Shown in pieces: positions 44,137-53,929 of a stretch of DNA of 64,000 bases. The DNA is from a virus, in the IMG/VR virus record IMGVR_UViG_3300003690_000003, positions 1-64,000 of that record. One strand, given 5' to 3'. The position numbers and the translations under genes were made by a program. The first letter of the stretch is position 1; each line of letters begins with the position of its first letter. The notes beneath the pieces are model-generated. The model was not told where the DNA came from, did no database searches, and saw only the letters and a list, made by a program, of their open reading frames with translations.

Positions 44137-45046
44137 TATCGTTTTCTCCTATACTAATATGACCAGTGACAAATCCGTAGGGGCGTTTGATTTCCATATA
44201 ATGTCCTGATGTTATTAGTGTACAATATTGAGCCCACGTTGTCAAGTCGTAAAACCAAGGAAGTTCATTTATTATTGCGTCCGACTGGTCTGCCTCTTTA
44301 AATACATCTGACAACTTAAAATGTCTAGACTTTCTGCGCTCTTCGGGGGGAAGTTTTCTTTTGGGTATTTCTTCCTCATTAGTCGGAGGATAATAGGTAC
44401 GAGAGTTAGATTTAATCACATTTCGGGCGCGCCGCCATTCTTCCGTATCAAAGGTAAATCCCAAGGGAAGGCCATCACAAACCGTTTTACCTTCATGCGA
44501 AAAATAAAATGGTTTCTTTCCGCTTATCTTGCTTCTCGCCTTTTTAATCTCGTTTAAGCCACACACTCCAAAAGGAAAACTTACGTAGTAGCGATCAGGA
44601 ATAAGCCAACGTCCCAGCCGTCTACAAATCCAGTATGCAACGTTTGCACCATGAATAATAGACCACGCGTAGCAATCATATTTATCTCGATGTTTTGGAT
44701 GAATCGGTACATAATATATGGGAATTGATACATGACCTTCTTTGGGATATTTCACATAGCGCCCCGCTTCAATCGTATATAAATCCTCTACCCAATCTCC
44801 TACTTTGTGTTTGATAAGTGGTGCGATATCATCATTACAAACTATCCAGATGGTTTCACAGCCTGCGTAAGAACATTCGGCTACCGCAGCCTCAATCAAA
44901 CTAAAATCCGACGCTATCGGCATTAATGTATCGTGGCCTGGCAGATTAAACTCTCCGGTTGACGACGCCACTGGAATGATACCGGCTAAGTGAAAAGCTG
45001 TTTTGCTTTGTCGTGCTATGTCCATTCCTTTGACGCGTTGCAACAA
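44129..45046 (-). CDS. sugar-phosphate nucleotidyltransferase-like protein
   Basis: AGIIPVA...LMPI...AGCETIWIV. Confidence 0.6.
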   Translation of the reverse strand: MLQRVKGMDIARQSKTAFHLAGIIPVASSTGEFNLPGHDTLMPIASDFSLIEAAVAECSYAGCETIWIVCNDDIAPLIKHKVGDWVEDLYTIEAGRYVKYPKEGHVSIPIYYVPIHPKHRDKYDCYAWSIIHGANVAYWICRRLGRWLIPDRYYVSFPFGVCGLNEIKKARSKISGKKPFYFSHEGKTVCDGLPLGFTFDTEEWRRARNVIKSNSRTYYPPTNEEEIPKRKLPPEERRKSRHFKLSDVFKEADQSDAIINELPWFYDLTTWAQYCTLITSGHYMEIKRPYGFVTGHISIGENDNE

Positions 45047-45783
45047 AAAATATTAGATGTTGTGTCCTCTCTTACAATAAATTCTTTTTTATGTTTGTGA
45101 AGCTCTCGTCTGTCGTGTTCCAGGACCAGATTAAGATTATGAACCTTATCACCAAACCGACGCTCAGGGCCTTGTAACCCATTCTCTTTTATTAACCTCA
45201 TTGCTGCGAACCTGGCTGCAGTCTCAGAATATTCAAACTCCCGCAGCTGATCACATGGAATATATGACTTGGTATAACAGTCTTTAAAAGAACCATCATT
45301 ACCATCTTTTCTGATGGATGGATAAAAAACGAGCTCTTTAACAAAGTTGCCGTGGCCCTCAACTGTGCCAGCGGTCTGTTTGGCTCCGCGTTTGATGTCA
45401 AACCAGTCATAAACAATATACTCTTCTACCTTTTCTTCTATGGCTAGCCCCTCTACCCTGTCGAGATCAAAGATATAAAGCTCCTCAAAACGAATCTTAA
45501 TCATCCGATAAAACTCTGTTATAACTTTGACGGTAGATTCCTCAACTCTAATACTTTCTATTTCCGAAGGAATAGGTGTCAATCCTCGCATGCCTAGCTC
45601 AAATGTCAAACGGTACCAGTTAGTCGCTTTTTCTTTTTCTTCTATAGGATGAGGAAGCGTCACCCCATTAATGAGAAGAGTGGCACCATTGGCCATGGCA
45701 AACTGGAGGGCCGGCAAACTGTATCCAACAACGAGTTTTCTACTTTTTAGTTCTGGTGTCTCAATCACTTTAGGCACGTTCAT
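45016..45783 (-). CDS. hypothetical protein
   Basis: 255 aa in operon. Confidence 0.6.
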   Translation of the reverse strand: MNVPKVIETPELKSRKLVVGYSLPALQFAMANGATLLINGVTLPHPIEEKEKATNWYRLTFELGMRGLTPIPSEIESIRVEESTVKVITEFYRMIKIRFEELYIFDLDRVEGLAIEEKVEEYIVYDWFDIKRGAKQTAGTVEGHGNFVKELVFYPSIRKDGNDGSFKDCYTKSYIPCDQLREFEYSETAARFAAMRLIKENGLQGPERRFGDKVHNLNLVLEHDRRELHKHKKEFIVREDTTSNIFCCNASKEWT

Positions 45784-46063
45784 AGGTCGATAAGCTACCT
45801 ATAACATAGTTTTCAGTAATAGTGTGGTATACGTGGTTCTCATAAGTAATCTCACGAATCATGTGTGCTTCAACTACCAAAAGCCATCCCGGCTCCCATT
45901 GGCGTTGGCAATCGGCGGCGCCTCCATCGGGGCTCACGCGAACGACAGCGTAAGGCTCCACAGGTGCCTGATAATCTGAAGGAAGTAGTATAGTACCTTC
46001 TTCCGTTCTTTCATCTTCTATCAGTTCAATACTAATATTTCTATTATGTGGCAAAAATCTCAT
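45770..46063 (-). CDS. GroES-like co-chaperonin
   Basis: MRFLPHNRNISIE...EGTILLP mobile-loop-like segment; ITENYVIG; 97 aa. Confidence 0.65.
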   Translation of the reverse strand: MRFLPHNRNISIELIEDERTEEGTILLPSDYQAPVEPYAVVRVSPDGGAADCQRQWEPGWLLVVEAHMIREITYENHVYHTITENYVIGSLSTYERA

Positions 46064-46434
46064 TTTTTCTCCAAATCTTCTATGGCTGCTTTAATCGCTT
46101 CTTCCGCCAACACCGAACAATGTATTTTAACGGGAGGGAGCGATAATTCCTCTACAATATCGGTATTTTTAATTTCGGCCGCTTCTTTTAGGGTTTTACC
46201 CTTTATCCACTCTGTAGCTAAAGAAGACGCTGCTATGGCGGATCCGCACCCAAAGGTTTTGAACTTCGCATCGCAAATACGCCCATCATCACCTACTTTA
46301 ATCTGTAACTTCATAACATCCCCACATTCGGGAGCGCCTACAACGCCTGTCCCTACGCGCGCGTCTTCCTTATTAAAAGAGCCCATATTGCGGGGGCTAT
46401 TAAAATGATCTAAAACTTTTTTTGAATATGCCAT
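46060..46434 (-). CDS. iscU: Fe-S cluster scaffold IscU
   Basis: YSKKVLDHF, GAPECGDVM, FGCGSAIA, LPPVKIHCS. Confidence 0.95.
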   Translation of the reverse strand: MAYSKKVLDHFNSPRNMGSFNKEDARVGTGVVGAPECGDVMKLQIKVGDDGRICDAKFKTFGCGSAIAASSLATEWIKGKTLKEAAEIKNTDIVEELSLPPVKIHCSVLAEEAIKAAIEDLEKK

Positions 46435-46453
46435 GATTTTCTCCTTATATTGA

Positions 46454-48862
46454 TTAGCCGCATTTGGCATGCCCGCAGGCTTTACAGGTTATACACCCTT
46501 CCATATATACCAGCCCTTCGGCGTTGCATTCCGAACAAGTCTTTTCAGAAGGACAGGAACCATTGATGATATATCCTTTAAGGACTCTCGCCACGCAGCG
46601 CGCAAAACTAAACATATCGCTATCGCGATCTTTTTGTAGTTGTTCTACAACATACTGAGTGTTGGCACCGTGGCGTAAGCCCAAAGATATCATACGTGTG
46701 AATGCAGAATGATTGGGATTATCAAAAACCTTTACCAAATCTTTTACTGTGAGAGTTTCACCATTTTTGCCAATCTTTAGATCATAGATAGAGTTCATTG
46801 TCTTGCGAGGATTTTTAACTAGAATGCCCTCTTCTCTGTTCCTAGGTATCTCAATTAAATTTGATAAACCGCCCATTACTTCATAAGGTCTACCATCCAT
46901 GAGTCCAACCATGATTACCCATTTTTCTCCCTGAATCGTAGCACGATGTATATTACAAGGCAGCTCGGTGGGACGCTTAGGCGCTGTATGATGGGGAAAT
47001 CGTTCTTTTCCTCTCTCCACCAATACACCAGATCGAGACCCCGCAACATATACGGTGATTCCTTTAAGCCCTTGCTTCCACCCCTCCATATAAATCTCGC
47101 CCACTACACTTGAAGGGGTTCCTTTAGGAAGATTGATAGTAGAACTAATGGAATGGTCAATGCTTCGTTGGATTACTGCTTGAACCTTTACCCGTTTCGT
47201 CCAATCAATATCTCCTGATTCTACAAAAAAACTAGGAGGGGTATCCTCTCCGAACAAATCTAAATACTCGCGCACGTTGTGGTGAAATACTTTATATTCT
47301 AGCCATTTATCTCCAAGTTCATCAGTATAATCTGCTTCCAAATCTTGTTCGTTGTGAGACAGCTTACGGCGCCGGATGTAAATATTTTTGAACACCGGCT
47401 CTAGGCCAGAAGAGGTTTGTGACAGAATGGAGACTGAGCCGGTAGGGGCGTTCGTGAGGATAGAAATATTGCGGCGTCCAAAAGTCTCAAATTTCTCGGA
47501 CAGATTTTTTGGGAGCCTTTGGATATATGGATTGTTTTTCTCTTTCTCCCAATCGAATACCGGAAAAGCGCCACGTTCCTGGGCTAAATAAACACTCTCC
47601 AGGTACGCAGTATCACGAATAGTCTCATAGATTTGCTTGATGATTTCGATGGCTTCATCCGAATCATAAGCTAGCTTGAGACGAGCCAGAGCATCTGCAA
47701 GGCCATGAGTACCAAGCCCCGTCCTGCGGCCGTTCACACACGCTGTATGCAAGTTATTCCATAGTTCTTTTTCGCTCTCCGTGTCACAAACCTCTTTGAT
47801 TGCTTCTAACTTTTCTAGCTCCAGTTCTACAAGGTCATCCGACAGACGCATACCCACAGACGTGATTTCTTTTAGTTTATTAAAATCAAAGACCGCTTTA
47901 TCACTGAACGGATTGCGTACTAAATGTTTAAGATTTAAAGAGATTAAACGACAACTATCGTAGGCCGAAAGGGGGATTTCTCCGCACGGATTCGTTGTAA
48001 GAGTGCGAAATCCTTCATCTTTATAACAGTCTGCTGGTAAATTCTCGATGATATTATCCCACATAAGAAGTCCTGGCTCTGCGGTGGTTGTTGCTGAATC
48101 TACTATCTTCTTCCATAGTTCCTCGGCTTGAATCTCGATTCTATGTGTAGGATCAGCCGAATCAACGGGAAACTGTAAAATAAATGATTCTTTATTTTCA
48201 ACTGCTCTCATGAAAGAATCGCTTATTTTCACCGATACGTTTGCCCCAGTCACCTTAGTAAGATTTTGTTTCATTACAACAAACTTCTCAATGTCGGGGT
48301 GTCGGATATCCATCGAGATCATCAGCGCGCCGCGGCGACCATTCTGGCCTATCATCCGACAAACATAAGAATAGAAATCTGCGAAGGACCAGGCGCCCGT
48401 AGTAGTGCGAGCGGAGTTATTTACTGGGGCATTTTCGGGGCGCAAGTTAGATATGTCAAGGCCAACACCACAGCGACGCTTAAATAAATTAGCCAAATCT
48501 TTTCCGGCATCGACGATCGAGCTAATATTATCGTTGGGAGATTCCACAACAACACAGTTGGATAAAGATACGTTAACATAATTATTTCCTATTCCCATCA
48601 TGGGCGAGCCTTGCGGCACAATATATTTAAAGTTTTTAAAATACGAAAAGATTTCTTCCTCAGTTAAGCGGTTACCTTCAAACTTATCTTCGATACGGGC
48701 AAACTCTCTGGCCAACCGCTTGTGCATATCGGTTGGAGTTTTTTCTATAAAATTCCCCTCGTTGTCTTGCAAACAATATTTAGTTATGAAAACATTGGTG
48801 GCTAGTTCATCCTCATTAAAATATGCTAGGGTCGCCTCTCGGACTTCTTCTACAGTATACAT
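46454..48862 (-). CDS. nrdJ: class II (B12-dependent) ribonucleotide reductase
   Basis: SNC, RRGA, TNPCGE, APTGS, C-terminal Zn ribbon (CSEC...CKACG); no beta subunit adjacent. Confidence 0.88.
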   Translation of the reverse strand: MYTVEEVREATLAYFNEDELATNVFITKYCLQDNEGNFIEKTPTDMHKRLAREFARIEDKFEGNRLTEEEIFSYFKNFKYIVPQGSPMMGIGNNYVNVSLSNCVVVESPNDNISSIVDAGKDLANLFKRRCGVGLDISNLRPENAPVNNSARTTTGAWSFADFYSYVCRMIGQNGRRGALMISMDIRHPDIEKFVVMKQNLTKVTGANVSVKISDSFMRAVENKESFILQFPVDSADPTHRIEIQAEELWKKIVDSATTTAEPGLLMWDNIIENLPADCYKDEGFRTLTTNPCGEIPLSAYDSCRLISLNLKHLVRNPFSDKAVFDFNKLKEITSVGMRLSDDLVELELEKLEAIKEVCDTESEKELWNNLHTACVNGRRTGLGTHGLADALARLKLAYDSDEAIEIIKQIYETIRDTAYLESVYLAQERGAFPVFDWEKEKNNPYIQRLPKNLSEKFETFGRRNISILTNAPTGSVSILSQTSSGLEPVFKNIYIRRRKLSHNEQDLEADYTDELGDKWLEYKVFHHNVREYLDLFGEDTPPSFFVESGDIDWTKRVKVQAVIQRSIDHSISSTINLPKGTPSSVVGEIYMEGWKQGLKGITVYVAGSRSGVLVERGKERFPHHTAPKRPTELPCNIHRATIQGEKWVIMVGLMDGRPYEVMGGLSNLIEIPRNREEGILVKNPRKTMNSIYDLKIGKNGETLTVKDLVKVFDNPNHSAFTRMISLGLRHGANTQYVVEQLQKDRDSDMFSFARCVARVLKGYIINGSCPSEKTCSECNAEGLVYMEGCITCKACGHAKCG

Positions 48863-48863
48863 T

Positions 48864-50222
48864 TTATCTACTCCTGTCTTTAAACTTTTTATATTTTTCA
48901 GCCAGTTTTTGCTTTTGAACCAGGGGGCTTACTTCAATTTCATTGTCGGCGATTGGTTCTAGAATCTTTATAGATACTGTGCTGGTGTCCATATAGAGGG
49001 GGTATATTATACCGTCCGGACCATTCCTATTTTTAGCAATAAAAACCCTGCCTGTATTCCCCAGTTTATCATTGATAGTTCGCGAAATACTAAAAATAAA
49101 ATCTGAAACAAAGCACTTATTAAAGGCTTCTGATATGGATTCCATCGTTATCACTTCAGCATTAAGGCCCGAACGATTTGTTTGTGAGGCAGTCCATACG
49201 GGGCACCTGTACTCCTGGGCCAACCCACGAAGCTCTTCGTAGATAGATTCTAGCTCATTACGCTTCTCTCTTTGGGCTGTTATGGGGCGAAGCAAGTCGG
49301 CATAGTCTACTATAATCATATCAATCGGAACATCCTTCATGCGAAGACGCTCCAAATGTGTTTTAATAGTGTGAGTGGACGCTGACTTCGTTGGATATTC
49401 CTTAATAATTAAGCGACCTTCGATACCTTGAACCTCTTCGTAAACTTTTTCTTTAAATGTAGCTAAATCACCTAACTCAATCCTCGTCAGACAGCTATCA
49501 TAACGCGAGCCGACGACGGTGTCTTGAAGTTCTAAAGTATAATGTATCACCGTCTTGCCTTCTTTAATGGCTTGAGTACCTAAATGCACAAGAGCCATGG
49601 ACTTGCCCACCCCCGTAGGGGCAATAACAACTCCTAGCTCTTTTTGTCCTAGTCCTCCTTGACATATATCATCTATGAGCGGCCATCCCGTTGCGACAGG
49701 ATTGCGGAACTTAGGTTTAAACCTCTCTTCGAAATCCTTTTTCCAATCATAGCCGGCATCGTTATCTGCACCAAGCTTGAGAGACGCATTAATCAACAAC
49801 GCAATTTCATCAAAGGATGAACTTTGCAAAAGACCGATGGACTTAATCATTGCGGACTTTAGATTTTGCTTGCGACAAAAATCCAGGGCAGTATCTTTAA
49901 TATACTCCTGGTTTTCTAGGTGTGTCGACATGACGCGGGCGTAATATTCCCTAACTTGCTGTTGCGTCATCTCATTTTCATCATCAATACCTGAACGCAA
50001 AATAGTCCCGAGGATTTGGCGTGAGGGATGAACCCCGTACTTTTGTCGGTACTGAAATATTACTTTGAGGAAGAGTTTTAAATAACGAAGCTCTAAAAAA
50101 TTAATATCAAGAACTTCTTCTATTTGATCTGCGAAAGGACGATCATCTAAGATGACCATACACAACTGCTCTTGGAATGATTTGCCGTAGCGAGAAAAAG
50201 TTATCTTCTCTTTTGATTCCAT
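48864..50222 (-). CDS. DnaB/gp41-like replicative helicase
   Basis: APTGVGKS, TLE, VDYADL, TASQTNR, KNRNG. Confidence 0.92.
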   Translation of the reverse strand: MESKEKITFSRYGKSFQEQLCMVILDDRPFADQIEEVLDINFLELRYLKLFLKVIFQYRQKYGVHPSRQILGTILRSGIDDENEMTQQQVREYYARVMSTHLENQEYIKDTALDFCRKQNLKSAMIKSIGLLQSSSFDEIALLINASLKLGADNDAGYDWKKDFEERFKPKFRNPVATGWPLIDDICQGGLGQKELGVVIAPTGVGKSMALVHLGTQAIKEGKTVIHYTLELQDTVVGSRYDSCLTRIELGDLATFKEKVYEEVQGIEGRLIIKEYPTKSASTHTIKTHLERLRMKDVPIDMIIVDYADLLRPITAQREKRNELESIYEELRGLAQEYRCPVWTASQTNRSGLNAEVITMESISEAFNKCFVSDFIFSISRTINDKLGNTGRVFIAKNRNGPDGIIYPLYMDTSTVSIKILEPIADNEIEVSPLVQKQKLAEKYKKFKDRSR

Positions 50223-50243
50223 GGGTACCTCTCTCTAATCCTA

Positions 50244-51209
50244 CTAGTTTTTGAGCGCTTTGTCAACGGCAAATCGGTTCATAGTCGCAAATAGATCGTC
50301 CCAGTTAAAAACCCCGAAACCATCTTTATTCATCATTTTGATGAACTCGGTTCTATTGAACTCATATCCCAAATTGTTAAATACATAATCGACCTTCTGT
50401 CTACTTTGGCGAGAGAGATTGGGATCGTACAGCTGCATCAACTTGTAGTTCCTTATAACTAGGTTTTTGTTCTCGATAACGCGATCAAAAAATACTACTT
50501 TGCTGTCAACTTTTTCGCAATAATCTATAACCTCTTGAAATGAATACTCTTTGTCCTCAAATAAAAATGGTAATCTTTTTTTGACGGTAGCCAAGCCGGC
50601 TCCAGGAACCCCTTTAAGATTGTCTGACTTATCTCCCGCGATAGCTCGCGCCATGGCAAAGTTGCGCGGATGAATACCAAACTTCTCTAGAATATTCTTC
50701 TGAGTAAGGACTTCTTTCTGGATAGGACGGAACAAAACCGTTTCACCATCACAGAGCTGAATGAAATCTTTATCACTGGAAACCACTACCTTCTGCCATC
50801 CCTTAAATTTATCTGATTGGGTTATGTACGCGATTACATCATCTGCTTCTACCTCGGGAAACATAAACTGCGGGATGGGCAGCTCATTAAGATATTCCAG
50901 AAGACGCGTCTGCTGCCACACCTTGTTCTCTGTCTCTTCGTCAGGAGTAAGGTTGCTCTCGCGGTTAAGACGGATGGGCTTGCGCCCCTCCTTATATTCC
51001 TTCACGATGGCTCGGCGCTTAGCCGATCCTCCTGGACCATCCCAAACTACCACCACCATGTCAGGCTTGTTCTCTCGAACAAGCTTTTGGAGGATCTTCA
51101 AGAATCCTTTAACACCACCGATGGGTTGCCCGTTGGTAGACATACTGGGATCTACAATATATGCCCTGAAATATGCATTCAGCGCATCAATAATCATTAC
51201 TCTTTTCAC
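50244..51209 (-). CDS. 5'-3' exonuclease / flap endonuclease (PolI N-terminal or RNase H-like)
   Basis: IIDALN, WDG, EADDVI, SSDKDF, GDKSDN. Confidence 0.9.
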   Translation of the reverse strand: MKRVMIIDALNAYFRAYIVDPSMSTNGQPIGGVKGFLKILQKLVRENKPDMVVVVWDGPGGSAKRRAIVKEYKEGRKPIRLNRESNLTPDEETENKVWQQTRLLEYLNELPIPQFMFPEVEADDVIAYITQSDKFKGWQKVVVSSDKDFIQLCDGETVLFRPIQKEVLTQKNILEKFGIHPRNFAMARAIAGDKSDNLKGVPGAGLATVKKRLPFLFEDKEYSFQEVIDYCEKVDSKVVFFDRVIENKNLVIRNYKLMQLYDPNLSRQSRQKVDYVFNNLGYEFNRTEFIKMMNKDGFGVFNWDDLFATMNRFAVDKALKN

Positions 51210-51592
51210 AATGTCATGTTTTCTATTCTGCCGTCTCTGTTGGTGTATACCACCCTCTTAACGCCTACATGCTTCATGGCGCTTTCGCACATGGGGCACG
51301 GCTTGCTCATGCGCGATTGTCCTTCCCTGTTAATCCTAACCACATAGATGGTTGAACCTTGGGTAATGTTCCGATCTATTCCTAGAATCGCTCCTAGTTC
51401 TGCGTGCAGGGTGGCGTCGCCATCATTATGTTCTCGAAAACGTTTTCCAAACCCACAGTGGCGGTGCTTATTGCAAGCTACATTACGAATAGAGCTGCCC
51501 TTTACGAGGATAGCTCCGTGTCTAAATTTGCCATAGTTTGATTGTTCTGCGATCTTCTTGGCGAAGGATATATAACGTCGTTGTTTCCCCAT
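51206..51592 (-). CDS. cytidine/dCMP deaminase-family protein
   Basis: HGA, HAE, PCPMC. Confidence 0.85.
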   Translation of the reverse strand: MGKQRRYISFAKKIAEQSNYGKFRHGAILVKGSSIRNVACNKHRHCGFGKRFREHNDGDATLHAELGAILGIDRNITQGSTIYVVRINREGQSRMSKPCPMCESAMKHVGVKRVVYTNRDGRIENMTL

Positions 51593-51639
51593 ACCATAGT
51601 ATACACTATGGGCTGTGGGTGTCAAGGATTAAAAGAGGC

Positions 51640-51906
51640 TTATTCTCTCTCCCGCAGCCCCAACGCTGCCAGTGCAGGAAGCAATTGCTTAGTTGCCTGA
51701 ACAATCTCATAACCCTTGTCGACCCATTTCTGCGCATGCTCTGCGGCTTCCTCGGCAGTGTTGGCACCGCCCCAGAGCCCTGTCGTCCCTGTAGAAGTAG
51801 CCTTTCTAGCTAAAAAATGAAAATCGGGAAAAACAGTTTTAATGCCCGGGCCTCTCTCTACTTCTTCCCTGATAATCTCTTTTAATCTTTGTTTGGTGAG
51901 TTTCAC
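51640..51906 (-). CDS. small protein with KLTKQRLxEIIREE N-terminus
   Basis: GTG start overlapping upstream TAG. Confidence 0.65.
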   Translation of the reverse strand: MKLTKQRLKEIIREEVERGPGIKTVFPDFHFLARKATSTGTTGLWGGANTAEEAAEHAQKWVDKGYEIVQATKQLLPALAALGLRERE

Positions 51907-52262
51907 TACACTTTCCCCTGCCATCCAGTGCCGCCCTCTTTCTTCTCTTTACGGCCGGCTTTCTTGAATCTCTTAGCTAAAGCTTTACGCTTAGGGGTAC
52001 ACGTAGACTTGGTCATGGGTGTACAATATCCTTTGTGCTCAGGATCTACAGCTTTTTGAATCCAGTCCTTCTTCTTCTTCTTTTTCTTCTTCTCGTCAAG
52101 ATTATCTTCGCTGAGATATTCTTCGATCTCTTCCATCCCCATTTGTTCAAGGCGCGTGCGATTGAAAGATTCACTCTTCTCTCTGCGTTCCTGCTCCTGC
52201 TCACTAATAGAAGCAATCTCTTCTCTAATGATTTGTAGTAGTTTTTGTTTAGATAAATTCAT
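51906..52262 (-). CDS. small protein with NLSKQKLLQIIREE N-terminus
   Basis: Paralogous N-terminus; WIQKA...CTP...RKALAKRFKK. Confidence 0.65.
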   Translation of the reverse strand: MNLSKQKLLQIIREEIASISEQEQERREKSESFNRTRLEQMGMEEIEEYLSEDNLDEKKKKKKKKDWIQKAVDPEHKGYCTPMTKSTCTPKRKALAKRFKKAGRKEKKEGGTGWQGKV

Positions 52263-52267
52263 TTGTT

Positions 52268-52618
52268 TTAATCCTTTGCTGGCGTTACGTGTCCCGGCAA
52301 ACTCTTAAGATGCTTGGGTTCCTTCGACTTGTGCTGCTTTACTTTTTGACCAAGCTTTGCTAGGCTTCTCAACTCTTTAGTAGTTATCTCTCCCTTATAC
52401 AAATCTAAAGCGGCACCCTTTAACTTACTCGTGGGAGTGTCCCCTCTCCGCGCAGACAAAGCCATCCCCGCCGCTTTCTGTTGCGCCTGGGATTCCGTGG
52501 AGCCCTGCTCACGATAGGGAGGGTCACCAACAGTCTTGTCTGCTTTGTTACCTTCGTCTACAAAAGACTGAAGTTCTTCTCTAATAATCTCTTGAAGTCT
52601 TTGCTTGGTAAGTTTCAC
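52268..52618 (-). CDS. small protein with KLTKQRLQEIIREE N-terminus
   Basis: SQAQQKAAGMALSARRG motif. Confidence 0.65.
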   Translation of the reverse strand: MKLTKQRLQEIIREELQSFVDEGNKADKTVGDPPYREQGSTESQAQQKAAGMALSARRGDTPTSKLKGAALDLYKGEITTKELRSLAKLGQKVKQHKSKEPKHLKSLPGHVTPAKD

Positions 52619-52627
52619 TGCCCTCTC

Positions 52628-52774
52628 CTAAAGTAAGGAACAGTGTCCAAGAACAAGTCCAACAGCAAGAGCTGCAGCACTATTCGCCGCCAAAAGAACA
52701 TAAAGTTCACGGGGGGCGCGTAGTAAAGCAACGTTCTTTGCCAGAGATAAACTATCTAAAAGTAATTTCTTCAT
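52628..52774 (-). CDS. small hydrophobic protein (48 aa)
   Basis: Manual translation MKKLLLDSLSLAKNVALLRAPRELYVLLAANSAAALAVGLVLGHCSLL. Confidence 0.45.
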   Translation of the reverse strand: MKKLLLDSLSLAKNVALLRAPRELYVLLAANSAAALAVGLVLGHCSLL

Positions 52775-52819
52775 TATACTATTCCTTATAAGTCGACATC
52801 AAGTGTCAATAATAAATAG

Positions 52820-53929
52820 TCACTCATCGTCTAAAGTATAATGGTCTTCTGCGTTCCCCGTGCGATTATCAAACTTCATTATGATCTCTTCATCCATGAT
52901 ATCATATACGCGTTCCCTAAACCGCTCATCTTCTAGCTTATCCACCCAGTGAGCTGCCTGAAACTTTTCTTCGGACCCATCGTCATGTACCAAAGCATAC
53001 CAAGCACCCGTTTGCTTAAGGTTCTCCGAAGACTTAATAGCTTCGAGCCAGGATTCCTCGTCCTGAACTCCAACATCTTCTCCCCATAAAATCTTAAAAG
53101 CGCAGTTACGACCCTGCGTCCCAAAGCGAGATTTCTCTAGCTTAACCTTAACTTCCGATCCGATACGGAAACCATTATTGTCCAGAACAAAACTAGCTTT
53201 AGCCTTCCGTCCCGTCAGCCACACACGCAGAGAGTAGGCATAAATCATTGCCTTCCCTCCCGGAGTGACATAGGGAGTGGTCATGGCTTCGGCTGGAAAT
53301 CTTGTGATATTAGTCTTCAACTGGTTGAGTACTAAGAAGGATGACTGGCTGTTCGCAATGGGAATGGTTAGCTTAGACATACCCTTGGCGAGGATGCGGG
53401 CTTTCACTGCCATCGACGATTGAGGATTAAAATCTCCCTCCACATCCGAAATGGACGGCGTAAGTGCTAGTGAATCCCAGATGAACAACATTTTCTCGGC
53501 TCCGCTATTAAGGATTTGTTCAATAGTTTCAAGCACTTGCTCGACTGACTGGACCTGAACATAAATAAGTGTCTCCAAATCGCACCCGGCACGTTCTAGG
53601 AAGGCCGGATCGATTGCAGACTCCGCATCCATGTAGATTACATTCATACCCATTCGCTGGGCATTGCCGGCGATCTGTGCGGCCATGAAAGACTTACCTG
53701 TGGACTCCAACCCGGCGATTTCTGAAATCTTTCCGACAGGAATACCCGCAAGCTTGCCGCGGCAGATAATACTATCGAGCCAACGAGAACCTGTAGGAAT
53801 CCACTCTTTAACTTCTGTTGGGTTCTCTTCTTTAAGGTTATATGCGACTTCCATTCCGGAAGCCTTGTTAATAAGGGAACGCAGTTCTCCTACGGATACT
53901 GTCCCTACTTTTGATTTTGATTTTGCCAC
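52820..53929 (-). CDS. recA: RecA/UvsX recombinase
   Basis: IPTGS, GLESTGKS, DAE, WDS, LNQL, TPGG. Confidence 0.93.
   Translation of the reverse strand: MAKSKSKVGTVSVGELRSLINKASGMEVAYNLKEENPTEVKEWIPTGSRWLDSIICRGKLAGIPVGKISEIAGLESTGKSFMAAQIAGNAQRMGMNVIYMDAESAIDPAFLERAGCDLETLIYVQVQSVEQVLETIEQILNSGAEKMLFIWDSLALTPSISDVEGDFNPQSSMAVKARILAKGMSKLTIPIANSQSSFLVLNQLKTNITRFPAEAMTTPYVTPGGKAMIYAYSLRVWLTGRKAKASFVLDNNGFRIGSEVKVKLEKSRFGTQGRNCAFKILWGEDVGVQDEESWLEAIKSSENLKQTGAWYALVHDDGSEEKFQAAHWVDKLEDERFRERVYDIMDEEIIMKFDNRTGNAEDHYTLDDE

Noticed and set aside
40696-50222. Inteins or introns in dnaE, nrdJ or the helicase
   Set aside because: Lengths are ordinary and conserved motifs are contiguous; no intein C...HN or LAGLIDADG segments were seen.
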